Assembly (NCBI GenBank): GCA_051530055.1
Contig: CM121341.1
Coordinates: 1,240,001-1,304,000, forward strand
DNA length: 64,000 nucleotides
Direction: 5' to 3'
Source: Neoechinorhynchus agilis
Lineage: Eukaryota > Animalia > Acanthocephala
Made by a program: the position numbers and the translations under genes
Part shown: in pieces, positions 1-11,239 of the stretch
How positions within the stretch are numbered: position 1 is the first letter of the stretch
Layout: every line of letters starts with the position of its first letter
Notes under the pieces: generated by a model
What the model was told of the DNA's origin: nothing
What the model saw: the letters and a program-made list of their open reading frames with translations, nothing else
The model's database searches: none

Positions 1-930
1 CGGCTATTATCTTGTCCATGGAATGGTCTGCTCAATAGTAAATCGCTTGTTTCTTACATAACGATATCTTTGGAATAAGATCCATTCAAACTTGTTAGAC
101 TTTTATATTATTTTATATTTAAGGAGTTTATATCGTGTACCTTTCATGAGAACTGCACCATATATTTCTAATCCTAATAACAAAGTGATTGTTCCAGTGA
201 AAAGTATAGAAGTAATCCGAAAAACTTGAAATAAGCATTCATACTTTAAAAGATGTTAGCTGTGAAATTGCAGTCCGGATTTCGCCACTCTACATTTTAA
301 AATGCTTAAAGTTTCTAAAATACTTGAATGGTAATTGTAATGAATACGGAAACGAATATTCGGAAATTCGAAGAAAACGTTGACCATTTTTTTATAATAA
401 AAATTGATCGTTGGAAATCCTAAACATCGACTGACATTGCAATGTCGATTTCAGGACGACACGGTATGGTACATTCACTTCTTCATTTTCGTGAACGTGT
501 TTTTAAAAGTAGCGTAAATCGTCGTCTGATTGGCAAATATCATTCCTTAAAAAGAAATTAATATATTTACGATTGTAAAATATCTAAAAATATTCGTCAT
601 GGATTTTAGCACCCTCATTAAAATTCACGAATTCTCAAAAATAAAAATTTTCAACGGAGAAAACTAAACGAAATGAGCAGATCCCTGTTTAATCAGGCCA
701 CTCATTAACACTCATCAAAAGAAACAAATATATGTTCAGGAATTGAACTATAAAAGTGTTATATTTGAAAAAATCAAAGTACGATTTTCTCCCTAAGGAC
801 GATGTCGGCGATGCGTGTTCATTTTCTAGGCATTATTGATTACGATGCTTAGTGATATTAAAATAAAGTTTACTGATTTATCACGAAGAGTGACGTGCCT
901 CATGTTCAATCCTCCGTTGTAAGTTACTGA

Positions 931-1786
931 ATGAGGATTTTTATGACATCTCCCACGAATATTGGTTCCAACCAGTTAAATCTTTGACCTGTCCTAATGA
1001 CCAACAGCCAACCGCCATTTTGTGCTCTGCGACACTTGACATCGCGGTATCTATCAGTGGCTCGGGTAGAGCAACAAAATCTTACCGATTCACCTTTTCG
1101 AAACTGTGGGAACCCATTTTATAAACTCCATCGACGCTCGAAAAACTATAAAGGACAACCACCGAGCCCTTCGACTTTAAAAACGGTTTCCCTTTCGAAA
1201 CAAGTAAAAAATTATCACTCAATGTCCACACGGATATACTACAAATCGGCATATCCAATCCTGGCTGATCCACATCAATTCTCAAATCAAAACTCGTTCA
1301 TAATATTGCCAATCTCTCTTGCACTTCTTCCTTTGGGACAATAAATCCTTTGAGATCGAAAACTTGTATCGGTTCCTCCCTTAATTTATCATCCACGACG
1401 ACAAAAGGAACCTCAATCTCCCTCATTTTCCACCTCAAATACACAGAAACCCAAAATTCAGTTCCCGCCATAATCTACTCCAACACCCGAAGCCTCCTCC
1501 CTAAACTAGATGAAATTTCATCCACTTCAAAAGCCGATGTGGTCATATTAACAATAACACCCCCCTCCGCCTTTCAACAGCAAATGAATCATCCTTCCCG
1601 GGTACTCTTCCTTCCGTATGAACCGCCAGGACCGTTCAGAAGGGAAATCTCAATTTTTGTACAGCAATGGCTACCTTACTCTTTATCTCTCACAGGCTCT
1701 CTACAAAAACCCCGATTTAGAATTCATCGCAGTCCATTTCTTTGTTCCACTAAGAAATGGTCTTAGAGAATTCACAATTGCTGGCG
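931..1786 (+). mobile_element. 856-bp decayed APE-type LINE fragment; direct-repeat copy of 8580-9435
   Basis: Near-identical to 8580-9435 (offset 7649). It translates to the endonuclease N-terminal motif IIYSNTRSLLPKLDEI..ADVVILT, followed by ISIFVQ and FTIAG, with degenerate RT-like sequence upstream. Confidence 0.65.
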
Positions 1787-1811
1787 AACATAATCCCGGT
1801 TAAAGATTCCT

Positions 1812-1866
1812 TTATTATTAGGAAATATTTCGAAAGAGGAAACCTCGTCTCATCAGTCATCTAAAA
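1812..1866 (-). ncRNA. Minimal type-I hammerhead ribozyme-like motif
   Basis: The minus strand reads CTGATGA-GACGAGG-TTT-CCTCTTTC-GAAA-TATTTCCTAA. This gives the core CUGAUGA/GAAA, a stem II, a palindromic GAAATATTTC at stem III, and a possible bulged stem I (TTAGATGA/TCCTAA). Confidence 0.4.
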
Positions 1867-2135
1867 AAGTTTGTGTAGTAGTTCTTTTTATTTGTTTGGT
1901 ATTGTCAGCTCGTTTTTACAGTACACCATTAGTAAGGTTTAGGCTAAAATATGTCTGCTCGTAACCCCTGCACTGTGTAGCGTTTTCTTATTATTTTCAT
2001 GACGTGACTGGCATTAATAAAATTTTACTTAAACTGGATCTGAACAGAGCTGCCGGTGCTTTATATATTGTATTTTTATATATGGGTATCATCAAACAAC
2101 CATTTTAAATTACCTTCTCACAGAGAAGCTGATTC

Positions 2136-2200
2136 CGAAAATGGAATTCCGCAGGGATCACTACTTTCATCTACACAATTTTTTTATTGTTAATGATACA
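2136..2200 (+). mobile_element. Tiny LINE reverse-transcriptase remnant
   Basis: Translates ENGIPQGSLLSSTQFFIVND, matching the RT GxPQGSxLSPxLFxIxxND motif. Confidence 0.35.
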
Positions 2201-4916
2201 TATTTTTAATCAAATTATTTCTTCGCACATTATCCATCCGCTCATCTGTACGAAGGATATTTTTTTATTTTGTGGGGCTTGTTCTAGAGCGAGTTTATTT
2301 AACAACATTTTCGGATATATTAATGGTTTATTAGATGCTCTCAAGGAAGCCACTTTGATCATTGATCTAAAGCCACCTTCTGGTTGTCTCACCAATTTAA
2401 CAAAGATCGCTCAAAACAATCGTGGACGGGTGCACATGGCCATTAATTAGGATAATGTCAGCTAAAGATCCCAATAATACGGACTATATATCAGTGATGG
2501 AAACCAGAGATGGAATGTAAACAAATCGATTCATTTATAAATGCAGTTTATGTCCGGGATGATAGGCAGATCAGGTTTAATTTTGACTAAGAAGGAAAAA
2601 TATCCCGCGCTTGATCTTTAGTTTAATTGTGCAGGTTTTCTTTTAAAATATTTCTAAAGGTGGCAGGGAAAGACTGAGGGATTTGAAATCAATCCAGCAT
2701 TCGATTTTACTCTTCTGACTTGATCAACTCTTACAGAAATTCTGATAAAATGTATTAGAAGAGGGACAATACGTGCTGTTAAATTAATTTTGATGTGTGC
2801 ACGTAACCTTGCTTAAATTAAATTTGATGAACAGATCGTTTGAAGTTGATGTTCGATGAAAACTATGTTCTTTAAATTACATAATTTAATATTTTTAGAA
2901 GTCTTGCAAGCCGGTGATGCCAATTTAACGGCTGATAATTTTATTGCTTGGACAAACAGCCCCATCGATGTGGTCCAGGGAGGCGCATAAAATCACAGAA
3001 TACCGGAACCAAACGATTATGAGTTTGTACATCCCTCCAGGTCCGCAGCCGAGGTTGCACAACCAAAAGGGAACGAAATGCTGTGGAAGGGTGGAAATTC
3101 AATGATAATTCTACATCCTCGGGAGGAAACTCATAACCTTTTTAATTCAGGGTTCTTGTATGATTTTGTGTGCTTCCTTTAACCAAAGTGGTTGGCTGCA
3201 TGCTCAAGGGAACGTTGTGATTGGCATACCTTTTCGTTTGCTCCAAATCGCATTTCTCAAATCTCATAAATGTGGCTAATTGTCCACTGTCATAATATGT
3301 TTCGGTGTTGTTGGATACAATATTCTCAAATCTTTTGGTTCCATCCCTGTGAATAATGGAAGTTCGAATATTATTTACTTTTTAGGTTTAAAATGCGAGC
3401 TGTAATTAAGACGACGAAAGTTTAAACCGGTTCAGTTTTCTCTGCATGGAAAAATCAGAACTTCGAAGGCTTTATACGGAATGTGCTGAAACGGATACAT
3501 TGCTCGTGATTACGTTTGTTCCATCAATAAGTCCAAAAGTGCACAGTTCTCCAATAGCTCCTTCGATCATTATCATTTCGATGGTCGCCACCTTCTCAAA
3601 ATCGTTGATTTAACAAGTTAATTAAGCAATTAAGGGAAATTTTAATCTCTTTTTAAAATTAACAGGTAGACTTGTAAAAAACCACGCTTCCAATTGATTT
3701 CGGTCGAGATTTAGTTCCCTTAGAGTTATTCATTAATTCCCTTTCATAATATTTCGTCGATCTCGTCGGACTTCTTTAGGTTTCGGGTTAGATCGACGAA
3801 ATATTCGAAACAAAATATATCCATAAACAGCTTTTCTAAAATTAGAAAGCACAATTTTTCATGAGATCACAATGTTCTGATAACTCCAGAATATTTAAGT
3901 GTGGTATCCTCATCCTAAACCGAACATCGTTTTTGAACTCAATCAGCGTCACTGCAATCGTGAAGTTCTGCGAATTGACGGATTCGACATTGCTCATAAA
4001 ATTTGAGTGGACATAATGTGGAGGTGATATTGATTGGAATTTTTCCGATTGCGATTCTTAGTTATAAATTAACATGCATTTGTTGTGTATTTTGGCTTCC
4101 AGATTAATAAAGGAAGATCAGAATTGTTCTTAAATTTGGCTGCAATTGGTTGAGTAAATTTTTTAATATACAAAACGAATAAATGTGCGCTTTAAATATA
4201 TTCTTGGCTTTTCATCCGTGAAGATTTTTTATGCGAGCGAAGGTGTGCTAGGTTTTAAAATTGAGTTTTTCAATTCCGTTCTTTTAACATTATTGTGATT
4301 TTTAAAGCGTGGCTGACGAAATTTTTGTGTTTTTATATCAAAAATATAGTAAAAGACGCGTTCAACAGGCTTAGATTTTTGGTTGCGAAGGCTCTCAATA
4401 AATTATTGATAAATTTGCACAAGATCCAGTAAAAACAAAGCGTCTCTTTCGATGGAGAGAGGTTTGACGGCGCAAAAACAACACAGCAAAATGAACTTTA
4501 CGCCATGATGAAATTCTCAGCCGTTTGAGAGAGTCAACTGGTCTGAAACTTTGATGAACGCAACCGAGACAACGAATGTTTACTTAACGTAGTCGAATTT
4601 AATTAAAGAGTTTGAGTTTTTATTGACATTGTGTGTGTTTATGATTTTCAAGACTGATTTTGTTTATCTTCTTGAAGATCAAAACTTAGCTTTTAGGAGG
4701 ATTACGATCAAGCGTTGTACGTCTTCGGAAAGGTAAGACTTCTGTAAATATTCTGCGTAGAATCAACAAGTGTTTAGATTTGAAACCGTGCGTTTCATGG
4801 CGAAAACTTATAAAAACGGGAGTCAAAGAATGAGTAATAAACCATGTATACAACAAGAAGCTTCTCTCTTCACGTATATTCAAAATTGTAAATTCTCTTC
4901 GCATTTTAAATCTAAA

Positions 4917-5265
4917 ATGATAAATGAATCTTCAATGTGGCCAGCTATTGTGTTCCCACCATTGATCGCGATTACATTGATGGTCGTTCTTGCACTTTGT
5001 GCATGGTACGTGATAGAAAAAGCTTTCATTAAGAAATCTCTACATTATCCATAATAGGCGATACAACGCCAATTTGATCAGAAGTGGACGGTTACCGTTT
5101 TATTCGAACTGGTACCCTTATAGAAACCCAAGTCAAACAGTCGTAATCCAAGTATCTCCAACAGACATGCCAAGGACAAATCCGCAGGACGTCGAACTAA
5201 GAGACGAACCTCCACCCCCATATTACACTTTGCAGAAACCCGATCCTCGAAACGAGGCGATGTGA
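4917..5265 (+). CDS. Small single-pass membrane protein with C-terminal PPxY motif (~98 aa, 2 exons)
   Basis: Exons are 4917-5005 and 5058-5265, with a 52-bp GTACGT..ATAG intron. Splicing joins MINESSMWPAIVFPPLIAITLMVVLALCAW to RYNANLIRSG...DEPPPPYYTLQ...EAM* in frame. Confidence 0.65.
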
Positions 5266-5447
5266 TATTGTTCAACTGTTTAACAATAATCGTGCTTTCA
5301 AAAGAATTTGTGAGATTCACAATATTGCTTTTACAGTCTTATAATCGGGTTTTCGTCAAACGTAGGCCTCAATCTTCTATTTTTAGCATTTTGCATCGAC
5401 CTTAAATTGATTTTAAGAAAACTAATGTGACCAACCGACAAGATATT

Positions 5448-5840
5448 TTATAAATACGTTGACATACGTTCTATAAATCTTCTAATTTCTGATCGCAAGC
5501 TTTTAAGCGACGAAAGGGTGTGTTTGAGTTCCTCAAAATTTGCATTCCTTCGCAAAATCAATTCATTTAAATCTCTCGCAGTGCTCTCTTGCACGTTTTT
5601 CTGTTTAAAATCAGACGGAAGTAGATTTATCAGTTCTTCAATTCGTTTAGCTCTTTCTATAAGTCCAGCCAAAAAGGAAGCGATCGTTCCATCCGCTAAA
5701 AGTGAAACTAAAACTAAGATATACATTTTCAGGTTACCTTTATCGTTTATTGGATCTAAAGTTGATGCGATTACTTCACACATTGTAGCGATTTGCTGAG
5801 AAAATAATGACTGCAATTCACTAATCGAGGCCCTTTCCAT
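5448..5840 (-). CDS. MED21: Probable Mediator subunit 21 (Srb7)
   Basis: LIERAKRIEELINLLPS resembles the MED21 motif LIARTAKDIDVLIDSLPS. The N-terminal ISELQ helix, C-terminal coiled coil and size also fit. A likely in-frame 42-bp intron (GTAACC..TTTTAG) would remove the hydrophobic insert GNLKMYILVLVSLL. Confidence 0.65.
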   Translation of the reverse strand: MERASISELQSLFSQQIATMCEVIASTLDPINDKGNLKMYILVLVSLLADGTIASFLAGLIERAKRIEELINLLPSDFKQKNVQESTARDLNELILRRNANFEELKHTLSSLKSLRSEIRRFIERMSTYL

Positions 5841-6459
5841 TTCAACGAATTTTCGACGCCGCCCAAAAATACGGTTTAATTGAAAATGTTATAAAATGCG
5901 TCCGTTAGTTGAGTGAGATGTATAAATGCAATCAGATCGCGGTAAATTCATTATTTTTGTACTTTCAGCACATATTCGCAATCGGTTTTTATTAGAAGAC
6001 AACAATGAAAAAGGAAAGTAATTTTGCTTGTTTTTCATAAATTTGTCTTTTAATTAAACATTAATCGTGCCAATTTTACCGCTGCTCGATGGCGTGTACG
6101 CTTTAAGTCGATACATAATGATCGGCTGATCAATATATTGTGAAAAAATCACTCCCAGCGCAAGACAACATCTTTTTGTTAATCCAGATAGCGTTTTAGC
6201 CTTTAGCGAACAGAATGAACCAAACGAAGTAGTAGACCAAGATCCGATGCCCCTAAACTGTGTAAACTCTCGTAAGTCGAATTATACGACAATAATCAAT
6301 TTTCATGGAAAACTATTAATCCAAAAACTTTCTACATAAAAGAAGCACAATAGCTTGATCCTTCAGGAGTTCAACTACGACTATTTGATACGTCCCTTCA
6401 AAATCAGACATTCGTTGAACGTACGACGCTCGTGTAGATCTCACGAAACCCTGGCTGCT

Positions 6460-6757
6460 TTATTGGTTCAAATCTGTTCGCACATTCAAAGTGGTCATCT
6501 TTATAGCATCTTCATACAAAGGCGGACTCTCAGATTTTCCAGCGTTCCCTGGAAGAGGAATTCGGATTTGAACAGTAGGAAATCTATTTATTGAACGTGA
6601 GTTGAGTACTTTTTTGCACTTCATCCTTCATTGTCGAAGCATTGAGATAATAGTTTTATATAAAGGATACTTACAGTGCTAAAATCCAAAGAATAGCAAT
6701 GGCTACAACGATAACAACTAAGGCAGGTGATCTTGGAAAGTCCCATTCTAGATCCAT
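6460..6757 (-). CDS. Small single-pass membrane protein with PPxY motif (82 aa, 2 exons; absent from the ORF track)
   Basis: Exons are 6757-6675 and 6625-6460, with a 49-bp GTAAGT..GAAG intron. The product is MDLEWDFPRSPALVVIVVAIAILWILALMKCKKVLNSRSINRFPTVQIRIPLPGNAGKSESPPLYEDAIKMTTLNVRTDLNQ*. Confidence 0.65.
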
Positions 6758-7949
6758 GAGAATCAAAGACAGTGCTTTGAGAGTTGCTTAATCTTGAGAA
6801 TTTACGAGAGTAAGCACGCGTGTTTGTTTTCATCTAAAGTCCCTCATAGGACGTATGGCGCAACAAAGTGTATATTTTACAAGATTCTACACAATGGAGT
6901 TTCCGTCTTGAAAACAAACGGGTTGATGGGGTTAATAGACAGATTGACCTGGTCCAGATTCTGTAGAGCTTACTAAAGATTGCGCGTGGCATGTGCCATT
7001 ATGGCTCATTTCCTCTTTACCGCAAAGATCGATTGCATCACGCCCAATTATTTATTCGACTAATGGAGTAATAGGAATGAAAGACGATCTGATTTTAATC
7101 GATCGCCGTTCATCTATTAAATAGAATTCATTCATTTATGCCTTTATCTGTACCGGAATAGGGGAAATTGCTCGGAGCCTTAAGGAAAGTAATAATGAAC
7201 TCGCGTCTTTGATCTGGTGATTGTTTTTATATCTCTAATACCCAGTCCCAGGTTAAATACTCTCCTTGCTTTAGCTCGAGTCACCCGTTGCAGCATTTTA
7301 GGCTCGTTGATATCTGTGTTCCAAACCGGTTATTTTATTAAAATTAGATAATGAATCAAGATTGTAAAATTGTTGTAGAATTCACGAATTTGACTTTTCC
7401 CCGTTGCAGATTTGGACTCTGAAATAAACTACATTTTGCTGGGATTGAATGCCAAGCCCACCTGAGGTGGAATAGAATTGAGCCATTTAAGCGAATCACA
7501 GTTTTCCCTCCCTCGCTCGTCGTCCATCCTAAACTTACAAAAATAATTAATGAACTGCGAACGGGAACAGAAATCTGCACGGGAAGCGGCCACGCAGGAG
7601 AATATGCTTTTGCTAAATTGTCGGAAACGAGTGGTGTTTTTTAAAATATTGCGAATACTTCGACAATTATTAGGGACTTGGCGCCACCTTTAGAGGATAT
7701 TCAGCCTGGAGTACTTTATGATTCTACAATTACTTTGGACGAGTATGATATTAGGGCTTCGATAAAACATAGCGATAGGAAACGCGAGAACGATTCACCT
7801 TCAGTAACTACTAAGAAAGCTACGGTTGAACAAAAGGTTGAAGAAACATCTGAACGAGTAGGAAGAAGAGCAAAAGGAGGAACAAATAACTATAAGGATA
7901 TAAGGTTGACATCAACACCATCACAGTCAATCAAACCTACGATTCACTT

Positions 7950-9780
7950 CTGTATTGATACGTTTCCCCCCCAAGCCCTTCATTCTTTGCCGATCTGAAC
8001 TCGATCCATCGTGTTATGCACTCCTCCTTCAAGGATATAAATCGCATTATTTTGATTACTGCTATGCCGGAATTCCCTGTTGCATATCCTGTCGCCGATT
8101 ATGTACGCAACCGCCGCAATATTCTTCGTATCACTCAACTCTTTTCCCACTTGCATTCTGCATTTCCCAACCCAAACAACTGCTGTGCGCATTTTCTTTA
8201 ATAATCCATTTAGCCAGCGCTCACCTCTTCTTAATGTAACCTTCAATTCAACACTCATAGCCTCCCTCTTCCTTAACACAAGATAAGAGCTCCTTACTTC
8301 AAAACTTTATTTTCGAATCTTCTCAAATAAAAACTCATCATCGCATGTTTCCATCACTCTTCAAACTCAACCCAGATCGCATCGTCCCAGGATGATCCTT
8401 CGCATTGAATGAACATCATAGAACATCTTTCACATCCTAACAACTATAAGAGTAAGCGATTTCCCAACTTGTTTGACTACGTGCAATTCCACCAGCGCCC
8501 GACACGATTTCCCTAACGAAACAAGGAAAAAATTATCACTCAACCCCTATACAAATATACCATAAATCGGCCCGTCCGGATGAGGATTTTTAGAACATCT
8601 CCCACGAATATTGGTTCCAACCAGTTAAATCTTTGACCTGTCCTAACGACCAACAGCCAACCGCCATTTTGTGCTCTGCGACACTTGACATCGCGGTATC
8701 TATCAGTGGCTCGGGTAGAGCAACAAAATCTTACCGATTCACCTTTTCGAAACTGTGGGAACCCATTTTATAAACTCCATCGACGCTCGAAAAACTATAA
8801 AGGACAACCACCGAGCCCTTCGACTTTAAAAACGGTTTCCCTTTCGAAACAAGTAAAAAATTATCACTCAATGTCCACACGGATATACTACAAATCGGCA
8901 TATCCAATCCTGGCTGATCCACATCAATTCTCAAATCAAAACTCGTTCATAATATTGCCAATCTCTCCTGCACTTCTTTCTTTGGGACAATAAATCCTTT
9001 GAGATCGAAAACTTGTATCGGTTCCTCCCTTAATTTATCATCCACGACGACAAAAGGAACCACAATCTCCCTCATTTTCCACCCCAAATACACCCAAACC
9101 CAAAATTCAGTTCCCGTCATAATCTACTCCAACACCCGAAGCCTCCTCCCTAAACTAGATGAAATTTCATCCACTTCAAAAGCCGATGTGGTCATATTAA
9201 CAATAACACCCCCCTCCGCCTTTCAACAGCAAATGAATCATCCTTCCCGGGTACTCCTCCTTCCGTATGAACCGCCAGGACCGTTCAGAAGGGAAATCTC
9301 AATTTTTGTACAGCAATGGCTACCTTACTCTTTATCTCTCACAGGCTCTCTACAAAAACCCCGATTTAGAATTCATCGCAGTCCATTTCTTTGTTCCACT
9401 AAGAAATGGTCTTAGAGAATTCACAATTGCTGGCGTCTATCGCCCCCTGCCCCTGTTTACATCAAATGGGTTGATTTTCCCTCTCTCACCGAATGCATTT
9501 ATAAGATTTTCATCAAACATTCAAAATATTTCCCCTTTAACATGAGTACAACACTCGTAATCCCAATTATTTAATTCCTCCATCGACCTCGCACCTCCTT
9601 ATACTTACGCTCCTTTTTCCATACTGCACAATCCTCTCGAATATCATCGTCGGAAATGAACCTGAGGAAAGACCAAACTTCACAAACTCTCAGGGAAACA
9701 ATAGGAGCCAGCTTTCCAACCCGACCGAACCTGTAATCCACTCTAAAATCACTGCACATTCATTTTCCTTTCAGAACTCG
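7950..9780 (+). mobile_element. Decayed, rearranged APE-type LINE
   Basis: The plus strand is A/C-rich. The endonuclease motifs NTRSLLPKLDEI, ADVVILT and FTIAGVYRP lie at 8999-9450, with degenerate RT-like sequence upstream and many stops and frameshifts. Confidence 0.55.
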
Positions 9781-10502
9781 AGTGTTGGTGAGGACCCAAA
9801 AGTGTATGGACCCGATTCATGTGAATTTCTAATAAATACCTATTATAACATAGATCGCTTCTTTAATTACCGCGGTTTGGTCGTCAAGCAAACCGAAGCG
9901 CCGCTGTTAGAGCTCTTGTTTCGAATTTCTGCCATCTTGTCACATCAGACGCTTTAAAATCGAGAGTCGTATAGCATTAATTGACACAGAAAAATAACTA
10001 TAAGGCATTCAAATGAGCGTTACACAAGGACTGGATAACGGCTACAAGTCCTTGCATTTTAATCTATCAAGAAGCCGTCTTTTGCTAAGAAATAAGCTTG
10101 TACTGAGTAACTGTACGCCACCAGCGAGTAGAATAAAAAAGAAACCTAATTAGTCTCGCGGCTCTATTGAGCTGTAAATGCGCTCTACATTTTCAATATA
10201 AAACGGCCCAGAATTTGGCAAGCACTGACTTACCCGTACTTTTTGCAACCATAGGTTCCTCTTATAAAGTGAAAGTCAGTGGGGGGGGCGTAAGAAATTC
10301 ACTGGTAGTAGATTCAAAAATAATAATTAATTTTATTTAGAATGGCCGGTTTGTTGTAAAAATGGGAACTCCGAAGTCGTTTTAAATAAGTTGGTCCTTT
10401 GCAGCAGCTGGTTGCTATTCAGAATCCGCACGATCGTGTTTACCTTTGAAAACCGAAGCTTAAGCGGGCATCCTTTTCTCGTACGTAGCCCTCACTTGCA
10501 CG

Positions 10503-10989
10503 TTTCCCGGACCGGGAATCGAACCCGGGCCAGCTGCGTGAAAGGCCGGGATCCTAACCACTAGACCATCTGGAAGATGCTCAATGAGTCGAATTAATGA
10601 TCTATTTATCAAATTTGTCATAGAGCTCAAGAGTTTCAGGCATTTAAAAGTTTATAAAGGATGGAAAATTAACGTCGCTTAATTTAAATGATTCCAATTC
10701 CAAATGTTGATTCTGTCAAATGTTTCATCAGCTTTATCTTAAACCCAAACGAGCTAAGTCTATTAGAACAAAAGAAGTGTTCGTGTAGGAAATTATACAC
10801 CAAAAGTTAAACCAGTTTAGAGATTTTTCACGTTTCTAATTCAAAAACTTACAAAGTGATTCATTGTGAAGGTCTTTTAAAATATTCAAGCATTTTGCAC
10901 CTCATTCTAACATTTCTGAAACAATTTTACTTCGTTAAGGATGCGATTTGACTGGCGTGAGACGTGAGCCGAATATTCTGAATTGATTT
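10503..10989. repeat. 487-bp direct repeat (tRNA-Glu plus ~415 bp of 5' flank); partner at 13453-13939
   Basis: The two copies align end to end at offset 2950 with scattered substitutions. Confidence 0.9.
10504..10575 (-). tRNA. tRNA-Glu(TTC), degenerate copy (probable pseudogene)
   Basis: 72 nt with intact A and B boxes and a CTTTCAC anticodon loop. It has two mismatches in the anticodon stem (CCGGC/GCAGC) and one in the acceptor stem relative to the other copies. Confidence 0.8.
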
Positions 10990-11239
10990 AAACCTGAGCT
11001 CTAGATTTAAAAATTATGTATCCAATGACGAAATGTCGTAACAATGCGATATTATGAAGTTCTCTCTTTAATTTACTCTTTATGGAAGCAGCATATCTGC
11101 AAATCTTTTCTGTCTGTTCAAATTTAAACGCAATTTCAACATCGATCCATTGGTAAAAATATCTCAATTGGCCATCACTTTTTGAGTAACATCTTTGCTT
11201 CGTATTAACAGTCTTTTGATCAAGATCAAAGGATCCTCT

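Noticed and set aside
1082-1285. 67-aa ORF identical to 8731-8934
   Set aside because: It is antisense to a recently duplicated LINE fragment, so identity reflects duplication rather than selection.
2900-3650. Several open stretches on the minus strand (e.g. SIIHRDGTKRFEN)
   Set aside because: They may be exons, but I found no convincing splice model or family motif. HRDG lacks other kinase motifs.
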